Shown here piece by piece: positions 10,388 through 20,074 of a stretch of DNA of 64,000 nucleotides. Source of the DNA: an uncultured Methylococcales bacterium (lineage in GTDB: Bacteria; Pseudomonadota; Gammaproteobacteria; Methylococcales; G963664935); assembly GCA_964653275.1 (NCBI GenBank), contig CAZZET010000003.1, positions 8,218 through 72,217 of the forward strand, given 5' to 3'. Within the stretch, counting starts at the first letter, position 1. Each line of letters opens with the position of its first letter. Under the pieces are notes generated by a model, which did no database searches, was not told where the DNA came from, and worked only from the letters and a program-made list of their open reading frames with translations. The position numbers and the translations under genes were made by a program.

Positions 10388-13069
10388 TTAAAAAACCCCC
10401 TTCGAATTAAGGAATTTACCATATTTTCTATCCTCTGAGAAAACATGATCTACAAGCCACTCTTCAAAAATACCCTCAAATCCTATATGGTCACACAACC
10501 CGGTATTTATTAGTTCTTGCTGCAGATCAACTATTCTCACCAATATCAACTTATGCTTTTTGCGGTGCATATCAACTTCAGGGTAGCCATACCTATCTAA
10601 CAGCGCTTCTTCGTCTTGAAATAAGCCTTCTGCCGTTTCAACAAGTTGTGTTATTAAATTTTGAATAACGATTATATCTGCACCTGACCTTATTGCTTTC
10701 AAAACCTTGATTCCCAATGCAAAAAGACTTTTATTTTGACAGTCTATCACCTCAACTGAAACTCGATATTCATCCCTCCATTCAAACAAAGATACACTGG
10801 TTAATTCGGTGTTCAGTACCAGTCTTTTGCGTTTTTCAAAATCTTCGATTAGTTTCCAATATACAATAGGTATTTCCCTAAGAAACTTGCCGGAAATTTG
10901 ATAAACATCAGTGGGTTCTATGGTTCTAATCCCAAAAATACTGGGTGTATCGAATACGGACATTTCCTCGCCAAAAAAATCGTGGACTCCTAACGTGCCA
11001 TAAATGTCCTCGCCCATATATCTTTCGAGCCTTCCTATTTTTACAAGATTCAGGACGGTTAGGTTTTTAGCACTTATAACCTGTCCAGCAGAATAATGAC
11101 GTAGTTCCAATGCAAGCGCGATTTCATTCTGAACCGGAAAAGATAGTGAATTGCCAAAAAGACTAGTTTTTTGTAAAAAGTCCCGTCGTTCCGCTAACTC
11201 ATCAAATTGCTCGGATATTTTGTGCTTATTAATAAATTCAAGAATAAGACTAATCGGTAAGGGCAATGCTTGCACGAAGCTGGTAGCCCGATAAGTAATT
11301 GTTGCAGCTTGAACAAATATCTCGGGCAAATTCCCAACCATACCTCCCGCTAACAAGTGACTGACCGAACCCGAATGGGTATTCACTGCCTCAACATTTC
11401 CAGAAAGGATTAAAAAAAGAGTCGTTTTTTCATGTTGCGTGTCTAAAATAATTGAACCCGGAGTAAACGTAATCAACTCATTGTTCAAGAGGCACCTAAA
11501 CTCGTGACGTGAAACATCGGGAAAATAGGATCTCAAATAATCATAAGCTTGGCGCCGGGCAAAATCGAAATATCCCGGAATCAAAACATCAACCATTCCA
11601 AAATTAGTTTTTGAACCTACTGTTTTTTGGTTAATCGATAAATCAGCTTCGATATGCGACAAAATAATTTTTTCACTTGTGTCACCGCGAAAATCCTCAG
11701 CATCACCATGAATCAATCCACCATTAACATCAATTTTTTTTATGTCTACGGGATGCCTATAATCCTTTTTAATGGTTTCCAACCAACCACTCAATCTATT
11801 CCGAAGGGGTCCCGACTTTTGTATCATGTCATCCAGTACTGTGAATGAGGCGATATCTGCCCAATGGGCATAGGATCGATATCCATTCGCTGATAAAGTA
11901 CGGAAAATAAAGATATTGGTTTCCACTGGATGAGGAGAGAAAAGCGGTTTGACTTCCAAGCCATCAAGGTCATTCCAAACATCGAAATCCACGGTACAAA
12001 CTTCGAAAAAATCCCTAAAGTATTCCTCATCCGCGGATAATAGAGCAGCCAGTTTTTTTGAAACCGAAGCCTGCACCAATGCCGTGGCGTAATATTTTAT
12101 TTTATGTTCCGCACGCAGTAGCGATGCGATGCCCGCAAAATGATCATCATGACTGTGAGTATGGAAAATCCCTTCAATTTCACCAACACTGATACCAATT
12201 GCCTTTAGAATAAATAAAATATTAGGTCCCGCATCGAGTAAATAGATCTTACCTTGATAAATTAGGATGCTCGCCATGCAAGGTTGATTAGCGTCCCATC
12301 CGTTTCCCTCTCCGATGTGTACCACACTAAAATATTCCCTCTGGAGCTGGTACATACCAAGTGGATAAGCCGACTCATAGTGTTCGGAGGGAGATAGATT
12401 GAGATCAACGCTTACCGATTCATCCTGATATTCTATGTCGAATTCATTTAAACGAAGACGACGGATAAACACACCATTTTTTATCTCAACGCGTTCATTC
12501 TCGATCACCAGGGTATCTAAAAATTGTTTCGAATGATGAATTTTTCCATTGGCGAAAAAAAGCTTCAAAAACATCATTTCTTCAGCCCTTTCCGCTGATA
12601 TTCCGACATCCATGAGTTCTTGCTTAGAAATCAGTCCATAATTCCCCCTATACACATATTGCAACTGGGCATTTACTTGTCCAGCCAATCCCATTAATAG
12701 TGGCTTAACCCCTGTGTTATTAGGATGATTTGGTAAGATCATGCCCTGCCTATATAGCATCTGCATAACTGGAAACTCCGCCAAATTGGCAAATCGTCCA
12801 TTCTGTAACAAAACATCGGAAAGTAAAATGGCGTTAGGTCCGGACTCGAAAGCAACACCATCTCGACCAGTCGAAGTAATCAACCCACGTTTAACGAGGT
12901 GCTTAACACTATCTTCCGGGCAACCGCATAGAATATAAAGATCGGCCTCTGGAATTTCTACCCAATAAATCCCGGAGGAAACAGCGATTTTCTTAATTTT
13001 TCTTACAGCGCGAGGATTAATAATTGATTTTGTTTCCATTCGTTTAACGCTAAACTTTGTCTCAGGCAA
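10388..13069 (-). CDS. Multidomain protein: unknown N-domain, MBL-fold hydrolase, two cNMP-binding-like domains and a hemerythrin-like C-terminus
   Basis: 893-aa ORF starting with TTG at 13069, with an alternative ATG at 13039. The MBL motif HTHSHDDH (aa 303-310, nt 12140-12163) is preceded by LLDAG. Two beta-barrel cNMP-like segments lie at aa ~505-615 and ~625-745; the second contains [21 protein letters not shown]. The last 132 aa resemble bacteriohemerythrin (W..EY...IDxQ., YPE...HxxxH, WLVDH....D). Confidence 0.7.
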   Translation of the reverse strand: MPETKFSVKRMETKSIINPRAVRKIKKIAVSSGIYWVEIPEADLYILCGCPEDSVKHLVKRGLITSTGRDGVAFESGPNAILLSDVLLQNGRFANLAEFPVMQMLYRQGMILPNHPNNTGVKPLLMGLAGQVNAQLQYVYRGNYGLISKQELMDVGISAERAEEMMFLKLFFANGKIHHSKQFLDTLVIENERVEIKNGVFIRRLRLNEFDIEYQDESVSVDLNLSPSEHYESAYPLGMYQLQREYFSVVHIGEGNGWDANQPCMASILIYQGKIYLLDAGPNILFILKAIGISVGEIEGIFHTHSHDDHFAGIASLLRAEHKIKYYATALVQASVSKKLAALLSADEEYFRDFFEVCTVDFDVWNDLDGLEVKPLFSPHPVETNIFIFRTLSANGYRSYAHWADIASFTVLDDMIQKSGPLRNRLSGWLETIKKDYRHPVDIKKIDVNGGLIHGDAEDFRGDTSEKIILSHIEADLSINQKTVGSKTNFGMVDVLIPGYFDFARRQAYDYLRSYFPDVSRHEFRCLLNNELITFTPGSIILDTQHEKTTLFLILSGNVEAVNTHSGSVSHLLAGGMVGNLPEIFVQAATITYRATSFVQALPLPISLILEFINKHKISEQFDELAERRDFLQKTSLFGNSLSFPVQNEIALALELRHYSAGQVISAKNLTVLNLVKIGRLERYMGEDIYGTLGVHDFFGEEMSVFDTPSIFGIRTIEPTDVYQISGKFLREIPIVYWKLIEDFEKRKRLVLNTELTSVSLFEWRDEYRVSVEVIDCQNKSLFALGIKVLKAIRSGADIIVIQNLITQLVETAEGLFQDEEALLDRYGYPEVDMHRKKHKLILVRIVDLQQELINTGLCDHIGFEGIFEEWLVDHVFSEDRKYGKFLNSKGVF

Positions 13070-13098
13070 TAGACCATTGTACGCGGCTAACGATTAAT

Positions 13099-13647
13099 TT
13101 AAAAAACGCGACCCCCAAGGATAAAACGTTGGCGCCAATAGGGGTTGTCCAATCTAGAATTGGACACGACTTTTCCTGTCGATGGTGCATGCACAAACTG
13201 CCCATCGCCCACGTAAATCCCGACGTGAGAAATTCCTTTTTCGGGCAAGCGAAAGAACACTAAATCACCCGGGCCTAACTCATGGAGTTTGATGGGAATA
13301 GCATCTCTCATCAAGACCGCGGATGTTCGCGGCACAAGGATACCCGCCTTCTTGTACACATAATGAACGAGCCCGCTGCAATCAAAGCCCCGAGGCGTGT
13401 TACCTCCCCATTTATAAGGTACTCCTAACATCGACTCGGCTATCTTCACCACTTGATTTCTACGCGACAAAAATGCCACCGCGTTTTTTTTCTCTGGATT
13501 GCCGAATTTGGAAACATTCCTATGCTCCCTTGTGATCGAAAGTTTGTTGTTTATGTCACCAGTAGCAGGGTCAATACCATCACTCGCACAACCCGCTTGC
13601 ACCATAGTAAGCACAAGAACCGGAAAGTTAAGCTCAAATGTATTCAT
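13099..13647 (-). CDS. NlpC/P60 (C40) family peptidoglycan endopeptidase lipoprotein
   Basis: 182 aa with the lipobox VQAGC. The catalytic Cys is in GFDCSGLV and the catalytic His in ISHVGIYVGDGQFVHA. Confidence 0.88.
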   Translation of the reverse strand: MNTFELNFPVLVLTMVQAGCASDGIDPATGDINNKLSITREHRNVSKFGNPEKKNAVAFLSRRNQVVKIAESMLGVPYKWGGNTPRGFDCSGLVHYVYKKAGILVPRTSAVLMRDAIPIKLHELGPGDLVFFRLPEKGISHVGIYVGDGQFVHAPSTGKVVSNSRLDNPYWRQRFILGGRVF

Positions 13648-13926
13648 AGGAACTTTGCCAGTTCAACATTTAAGACCAGGGCAATAGTCATCGACCGACC
13701 AAACAGAAAATTTTGTAATACTTTATAGCCAGACCAACTTCGCAACTGAGCACTCCATCATGATCTCGGTATTTTTTTCAAATTGGCAAGGCCCTACCTA
13801 AACATCGAATAGGTTTTTACTAGAAACCAATAAGTCAATATAAGGTAATATCAAAGACTGTCAAATAATCAATAAGTTGTATAGTCATGTGATACACTTG
13901 GCTTGAACTTTTAATTCTTCTTTAAA

Positions 13927-14316
13927 ATGTTATTTCGATCCGCCGTCATTGTATTGGTGTCGACCCTATCCAGTGGTTGTGCGTACTCTGAAAATATGGA
14001 ACCCTCCACTAATAATCCTTACAGTTTTGCCGTCTATGCGCTTTCGCGTGGAAAAGGAATCCCCGAAAGAACACGTAATATATTTAATGGGATAGTTGGC
14101 ACACTCGAGCAAGCAAAAAAAGACGGAAAAGCAATGAATATTGGGCAATCCCGGATAGGCATCGAGGGAGAAACTCGCTTATGTGTTGAATTTAATGATT
14201 CTCAATTTGGAATGACCATGGCCGCGCAAATTCAAAATTCGATTCAAAACGTTGACCTTTTGAGTTTAAAAATTGAGCAATGTTCTACTCGTACTTCAAC
14301 AACTTTGAATGAGTAG
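13927..14316 (+). CDS. Hypothetical lipoprotein
   Basis: 129-aa ORF with an ATG start. It has a signal peptide with lipobox LSSGC and no recognisable family motif. Confidence 0.5.
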   Translation: MLFRSAVIVLVSTLSSGCAYSENMEPSTNNPYSFAVYALSRGKGIPERTRNIFNGIVGTLEQAKKDGKAMNIGQSRIGIEGETRLCVEFNDSQFGMTMAAQIQNSIQNVDLLSLKIEQCSTRTSTTLNE

Positions 14317-14550
14317 ATTAATGAAGTAGGTTGAGTAAGGGAACCATACAGGCACTTATGAGCAGCCGTCAACATGATAGCCTATGCTTTTAAACTATTA
14401 TCGCTATCGAAAAATATTCATTTGGGAAATGACTTTTGGTATTCGTTCACCAAAACACTAAGAGAATGCATCCAAGCATTGTGATCTAAAATCCAATTGC
14501 AATTCTCGAATTGTCTCCAACATATTGTTTAACCAAACGGGGGAAAATAA

Positions 14551-15528
14551 ATGTCAAAAGAAGCTATGAAACTTATTGGTTTACCGTACATTTTGCTTAT
14601 CGTCTCTTTCGTTGTCGGGTGTACACCTGGACGTGGACCGACTGGACCATCCGACCCCGTACCTTGCGTTTCAGTTGAATCAATAAACAAAGGGAATTAC
14701 CTGGAAAATATTGCCGCTGCAGAGCGCGAAAAATTCAAAACAATGGGCTTCGATCAATTTGAAGCTAAGGTATACCACGAATCTTTTGCGGGTGGAAAAT
14801 ACATCGTGAATGGCGATACCCCGATCATCGATCAAGACCAATTAAGAATATTCTATAGAAACCAAATACTAAACACATCTTCTGCATCGATGACACAGGG
14901 ACTAGTAGTTCACCAAGTTAACAATCAGGATGCAAAATGGGACGATACATCAAAAAAGCAACTGACCTATTGTGTCAGTACAACTTTCGGCGGTAACTAC
15001 CAACAAGTTGTGAATAACATGCAAAGCGCAACAGGAGCGTGGGAAATCGCTGCGGATGTCCAATTCGAGCATTTATCAGCTCAAGACAACAACTGCACAG
15101 CGAATAATCCAAATGTTGTTTTTGACGTACGCCCCGTAGATGTGAATGGACAATATTTGGCACGGGCATTTTTTCCAGGCGACGGACGAGCCGCCAGGAA
15201 CATACTGATCGATGATAGCTCTTTCAATTCACTCCCTGGTAATTTAACTCTAACTGGAATAATCCGCCATGAGCTCGGACATACGTTGGGGTTTCGCCAC
15301 GAACATACGCGACCGGATTCAGGCGCATGCTTTGAAGATAACAACTGGCGCCCATTGACTAATTATGACCCGTGGTCAGTAATGCACTATCCCCAGTGTA
15401 ATGGGAATGGAGACTGGAGCCTAACCTTAACCGCTCTAGACAAAATGGGCGCTGCTTGCTTATACGGAACAATCGGTGGTGGGACCGCCCAAGATTGTGG
15501 CATTTCGCAACCACCAGCCTGTCCCTAG
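14551..15528 (+). CDS. Secreted/lipoprotein zinc metalloprotease, metzincin with astacin-type (M12A-like) motifs
   Basis: 325 aa with the lipobox FVVGC. The extended zinc motif HELGHTLGFRHEHTRPD (nt 15268-15318) fits HExxHxxGFxHExxRxD. The Met-turn SVMHY lies at nt 15376-15390. An upstream segment, LARAFFPGDG, resembles matrixins. Confidence 0.75.
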   Translation: MSKEAMKLIGLPYILLIVSFVVGCTPGRGPTGPSDPVPCVSVESINKGNYLENIAAAEREKFKTMGFDQFEAKVYHESFAGGKYIVNGDTPIIDQDQLRIFYRNQILNTSSASMTQGLVVHQVNNQDAKWDDTSKKQLTYCVSTTFGGNYQQVVNNMQSATGAWEIAADVQFEHLSAQDNNCTANNPNVVFDVRPVDVNGQYLARAFFPGDGRAARNILIDDSSFNSLPGNLTLTGIIRHELGHTLGFRHEHTRPDSGACFEDNNWRPLTNYDPWSVMHYPQCNGNGDWSLTLTALDKMGAACLYGTIGGGTAQDCGISQPPACP

Positions 15529-15862
15529 ATTTCCAATTTTTCTGTAGAGCGATTCTCGGATTAGAAAAAACTGCTATCAATACCTTCGTAAAATAGTCAA
15601 ACTTGATCGCAGATCTGACTCGAATTGCTCTACAGTTTTCTACTGGGGCCACGGTGCTTCGTAAACAATGTACTGCACGCGACAAACGTTCCCAATTCAT
15701 TATTAAGTAGACTTTCTTGTTTTATTAAACGCAGGCCTTGCATCAATTTATCCTCATGCCCCCTCATACTTAGATGCTGTAAATAATCCAAGCTAAGCCT
15801 TATTCGGTTATAATCAAACGATTTTTGCCACGCAAAGCATATCTTTTAACCGAACAAACTAA

Positions 15863-17104
15863 ATGATGTCCGCTAAAGTTTCCGATGATAGTTATGATGT
15901 ATTAATCGTAGGAGGCGGTATGGTAGGTGCCGCGTTAGGGTGTTGCTTAGGCAATAGTAAAATTCGTGTTGCCGTTGTAGAAGAAACGCGACCAAAGACC
16001 TTTGCTTCAGGAGACGACCCTGATTTGCGGGTTTCTGCAATAAGCATTGCGTCGCAAACGATTATGGCAACTGTGGGTGCATGGCCAGGGATCATTTCGA
16101 AACGTTTATGTCCGTTTAGCCGAATGCGGGTATGGGAGAATAATAATGATACTGAATTTTGTAGTAAAGACATAGATCGTCCTCATCTTGGTTATATTGT
16201 AGAAAATAGAGTCGTCCAACTCGCCCTTCTCAAACATTTGGATTGCTTTGACAATGTCGATTTAATCTGCCCGGCAAGAATAGAAATGATTCAATACGCC
16301 GCTAATGGATCCACAGCGCAGTTAGACGACGGTCGAATTTTAAAGAGCCGACTATTGGTTGCAGCTGATGGAGGACAATCTCGGGTTCGTCAAAGTGTGG
16401 GAATTGGGGTTAGTAGTTGGGACTATGACCAGCACGCCATGGTTATTTCCGTGGAAACTGGTTATTCCCAACAGGACATTACCTGGCAACGATTTACTCC
16501 TAGCGGACCTCAAGCGTTTTTGCCGTTATTCGGCAATCGTGCATCGTTGGTTTGGTACAATTCTCCAGATGAAATTCGGCGCTTAAAATCGTTACCGAAT
16601 ACCGAATTGATCACGGAAATATCTACTTCGTTCCCTAACAATCTTGGAGAAATAAAGACAGTGTTGGGTAGAGCAAGCTTTCCTCTGAAGCGTCAACACG
16701 CTTTTGATTATGTCAAGGAAGGTGTTGCATTAATAGGTGATGCTGCCCATGTGATTAATCCCTTGGCTGGTCAAGGTGTCAATATTGGTTTTTTGGATGC
16801 CGCAGCCCTAGCCCAAGTGTTAGTGGCCGCCAAAGAAAAGGACCAAGATCTTGGTAGTACCCGTATTCTCAATGAATATCAACGATTGCGACGGTGGGAC
16901 AACCTGATGATGATGACTGCAATGGAAATGTTTTATCGAGTATTCAGCAATCAAATCTTGCCTATTAGGGTGCTTCGTAATTTCGGACTGGGATTAGCGG
17001 AACGTCTGCAACCCGCAAAGAACAAGGCAATGCGTTACGCTGTTGGGCTGGAAGGGAATCTTCCGAAACTCGCTAGGGGAGAGATAATTGTAAACGAAAG
17101 TTAA
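15863..17104 (+). CDS. UbiH/UbiF/VisC/COQ6-family FAD-dependent ubiquinone hydroxylase
   Basis: 413 aa. It has the FAD motif DVLIVGGGMVGAALG, LLVAADGGQSRVR and the C-terminal GDAAH..NPLAGQG. Confidence 0.85.
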   Translation: MMSAKVSDDSYDVLIVGGGMVGAALGCCLGNSKIRVAVVEETRPKTFASGDDPDLRVSAISIASQTIMATVGAWPGIISKRLCPFSRMRVWENNNDTEFCSKDIDRPHLGYIVENRVVQLALLKHLDCFDNVDLICPARIEMIQYAANGSTAQLDDGRILKSRLLVAADGGQSRVRQSVGIGVSSWDYDQHAMVISVETGYSQQDITWQRFTPSGPQAFLPLFGNRASLVWYNSPDEIRRLKSLPNTELITEISTSFPNNLGEIKTVLGRASFPLKRQHAFDYVKEGVALIGDAAHVINPLAGQGVNIGFLDAAALAQVLVAAKEKDQDLGSTRILNEYQRLRRWDNLMMMTAMEMFYRVFSNQILPIRVLRNFGLGLAERLQPAKNKAMRYAVGLEGNLPKLARGEIIVNES

Positions 17105-17364
17105 TCCGTATTTCGTACAAACTTCGTTCTGTGAGAAAGCAGTATCTAACGCCTAAACCCATAAATAACCAAGAAAGTTTGTATCCTAAGTAATCGAAAG
17201 TACATTTAGCAAACTAAAGGGACATCCAAATTACGGCGTTTTTTCGACTTGTCATCAATCTTTTATCCTATGTTCTCGGTAATATAGGATTCGAGACACT
17301 GAGCATTTTTTAATAGATCTTTAGTCGCTCCAACCTGCCAATCAATGGATTTCTATTTTTAACC

Positions 17365-18837
17365 TCAAAACAACCTTCGTTCATTCCTATCTTTTTCTTC
17401 TTGCTCAAATAATTTGCGTCGCGCGTCTAGAATTGCTGTCAGGTAAAAGTCGTTTTTCGCGGCCTTTCTTGCAATATTTAGTTGGGTAATTGCGGAACGC
17501 GTGTGCCCAGTTTGATAATAGTACTCAGCGATATAGCGATGAGACTGTCCTAGATTTCCTAAAGCGTCGTAGGTTTGGGCCAGTAATTCATATATATCCA
17601 AAGTCGGCGCTCGATTTTCCGTGTATTGAAGCAGAATTTTTTCCGCCTTCCCGGGATTTCCAGATTTAAGGAGTACCTCGACATAAGCCAAAGTGATTGC
17701 ATAATTTCCAGGAAAATGTTTTAGAGCAGATTCGTAGAAATTTAATGCTTTTTTAAAATCACCAGATTTTCTGATCGTCTGGCCCACTGCATTAGCGATC
17801 CTGGAACTCTCCGGATACTTTTCGATTAGTACGCGCAAAATTCCATGGGCCTTCTTGTTTTGTTTTTTTGCGAGTAATGCCAGTGCAAGTCCATATTGTG
17901 TCACTGTCCTTTGTCTTGATGTTCCACGATCTAATCTTGAATTAAAAAAGTCTATCGAGGCCTGTGGAGTTTCTGCAGTTAAAACCCGTAGTTTCGCTTT
18001 ACTTAACTCATAAACAAAAGAGTTTGGAAATTGTCGATAGGGATACTTTTCAGCGCGGCCAAGGGTGTCGGCTACACGAGACGCGGTGACTGGATGAGTT
18101 CGCAGAAATTCGGGAATATTTTGACCGTAATATCGGCTAGATTGTTGTAACTTCTGAAAAAATGCTGGCATACTTCTAGGATCAAGGTTTGCCCCGGAAA
18201 GAATTTGAATACCGATTCGATCTGCTTCCTTCTCATTGTCACGGGTAAAATTAATTTGGTATTGGGCACTACCTGCTTGTACAGCCGCTAAAGCGGCAAT
18301 ACCTGCATCGCTAGATTGCGTACCTAATAAAATAGCCGCTAAGGTCGCCGCAGCAGTTGGTATGGAAAGACGATTGGCAGCCTCGAAAGCCCGGTTTAAA
18401 TGACGCTGGGTCACATGGGCAATTTCGTGGGCGATAACCGACGCTAATTCACTTTCAGATTCGGTGATGAGAATCAACCCCGAATTGATACCGATATATC
18501 CCCCAGGACCAGCGAATGCATTAATTACAGGCTCTAGAACAACAAAAAAATGAAAGGGGCGTCCCGGCGCATCGCTTGCAATGGTAAGTTTTTGCCCCAA
18601 CGACTCAATAAAGTCTTGTATTTCTGGATCTTGATTAACATGAAGCTGTGCATGGACGCTGCGAAAAAAAGCTTCACCTAATTCTTTCTCCTGCACCGGA
18701 GAAATTACACTCCCAGAGGAATCCCCAAAATCGGGAAGCACAGGGGGTGTATTATCCGCCATGACACGGAATACAAACAATCCGAATACTAGGCTTAGGA
18801 TAGATGCGGTAAATCCTTGTTTGTAGCGCTTATGCAT
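17365..18837 (-). CDS. bepA: M48 zinc metalloprotease with C-terminal TPR domain (BepA/YfgC-like)
   Basis: 490 aa with a signal peptide, the zinc motif HEIAHVTQRH and the N-terminal LPDFGDSSGSVISPVQEKELG, which resembles BepA. TPR repeats follow in the C-terminal half. Confidence 0.8.
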   Translation of the reverse strand: MHKRYKQGFTASILSLVFGLFVFRVMADNTPPVLPDFGDSSGSVISPVQEKELGEAFFRSVHAQLHVNQDPEIQDFIESLGQKLTIASDAPGRPFHFFVVLEPVINAFAGPGGYIGINSGLILITESESELASVIAHEIAHVTQRHLNRAFEAANRLSIPTAAATLAAILLGTQSSDAGIAALAAVQAGSAQYQINFTRDNEKEADRIGIQILSGANLDPRSMPAFFQKLQQSSRYYGQNIPEFLRTHPVTASRVADTLGRAEKYPYRQFPNSFVYELSKAKLRVLTAETPQASIDFFNSRLDRGTSRQRTVTQYGLALALLAKKQNKKAHGILRVLIEKYPESSRIANAVGQTIRKSGDFKKALNFYESALKHFPGNYAITLAYVEVLLKSGNPGKAEKILLQYTENRAPTLDIYELLAQTYDALGNLGQSHRYIAEYYYQTGHTRSAITQLNIARKAAKNDFYLTAILDARRKLFEQEEKDRNERRLF

Positions 18838-18951
18838 TGCTATAGTGACTGCGTTTAATTGGGTTGGTTCCCGAAACCTAAGTAATGCTACATAACTGAC
18901 GGCGAATCTAACAAATTTAATATGGTTCTAGCCCACAATTCTCACTGCATT

Positions 18952-19131
18952 TCAACTGCGCGACCACAGTGCCTGTTGCGTGACTTGTGCTTGATTATGG
19001 TGTTCATAGTACTGCAAGTACTCTTTCCCGTCCAAACCCTTTCCCGCCTTGTGACCTCCGACTACCTCCCAATTTGATAGCTCCATGAAATGCGGGTTAA
19101 AATACATTTCTTTATCGAGCACCAATACCAT
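18952..19131 (-). CDS. Possible small ORF (59 aa), unknown function
   Basis: This ATG-initiated ORF falls just under the 60-aa cutoff of the supplied track. Its sequence is MVLVLDKEMYFNPHFMELSNWEVVGGHKAGKGLDGKEYLQYYEHHNQAQVTQQALWSRS. The composition is non-repetitive and protein-like. It lies upstream of bepA on the same strand. I recognise neither a family nor a clear SD. Confidence 0.3.
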   Translation of the reverse strand: MVLVLDKEMYFNPHFMELSNWEVVGGHKAGKGLDGKEYLQYYEHHNQAQVTQQALWSRS

Positions 19132-19207
19132 CGTTGTATCCCCTGGCTTTTTAACTAAGCTATATTCTATACCGATTTCGGTTGATATAGGTTGTGGAAA
19201 AAGTCTT

Positions 19208-20074
19208 ATGTTGCAAGCTACACTGAATCAAAACGTTCTTCGAACAAGTCCAAAAAAGTATTCTCTGATCATGGTTTTGGTCGGAATCGAACTACTTATT
19301 CTTTTCGCACCCACGGTGCATTGGCTCGTAGAGCGCTGGACCTTAAGTGTCTGGCACAATGCCCACGGTCTACTAATAGCGGTAGTGGCAATATACTATG
19401 CTTGGCTAGAATTGTGTGGTTTAAGTCATTTACCCCGCAAATCTAGCGGATGGGGGTTTCTTTTTTTGATCCCGGCACTCCTTTTGTTCGTTTTAGACAC
19501 GGGGATGCATACCCAGCTACTCTCGGCATTCGCACTCTTTCTATCGTTGCCCGGATTGTCACTATTGTTTTTAGGAACACATCGTACCAAGGCAATAAGT
19601 TTTTTTCTATGTATGTTATTTTTATCGTTGCCGATTCCTTTAGTAGTCACTAACTCCTTACACTTAATTTTAAGAGAATTGGCAGCTCACGGCACGGCAT
19701 GGATCGTTCCAAAATTAGGCATCCCACTTTTTAGGGAAGGAACAGCACTGCACATTTCCAATGGGACTTTACAGGTAGCAGACGCCTGTAGCGGATTTTC
19801 CACTCTTTATGCGGCAATAGCGGTCGCATGCATAACCGCATACTTTTGCACGAATTCAAATCGACGAATTTTAATTATGCTCATTGCGGCACCGATTGCA
19901 ATCGCATCGAATGTTCTCCGAGTGGTGCTATTGGTTCTATTGGTCAACACATTTGGTGTCGAAATTCTCGACACTTCTTTACACACAATATCAGGCTTAT
20001 TTACGTTTGCTTTGACTCTTCCTGTGATTTTTTGGCTTGGGAAAGAATCTCCACTTAAGGAGGCAAAAGCATGA
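19208..20074 (+). CDS. Exosortase-family transpeptidase (Xrt, subtype undetermined)
   Basis: The ORF track starts at 19085. The likely start is the ATG at 19208 (MLQATLNQ...), which gives about 8 TM segments. The catalytic triad context is Cys in ADACSGFSTL (codon 19787-19789), Arg in ASNVLRVV and His in SLHTISGLF. Confidence 0.75.
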   Translation: MLQATLNQNVLRTSPKKYSLIMVLVGIELLILFAPTVHWLVERWTLSVWHNAHGLLIAVVAIYYAWLELCGLSHLPRKSSGWGFLFLIPALLLFVLDTGMHTQLLSAFALFLSLPGLSLLFLGTHRTKAISFFLCMLFLSLPIPLVVTNSLHLILRELAAHGTAWIVPKLGIPLFREGTALHISNGTLQVADACSGFSTLYAAIAVACITAYFCTNSNRRILIMLIAAPIAIASNVLRVVLLVLLVNTFGVEILDTSLHTISGLFTFALTLPVIFWLGKESPLKEAKA

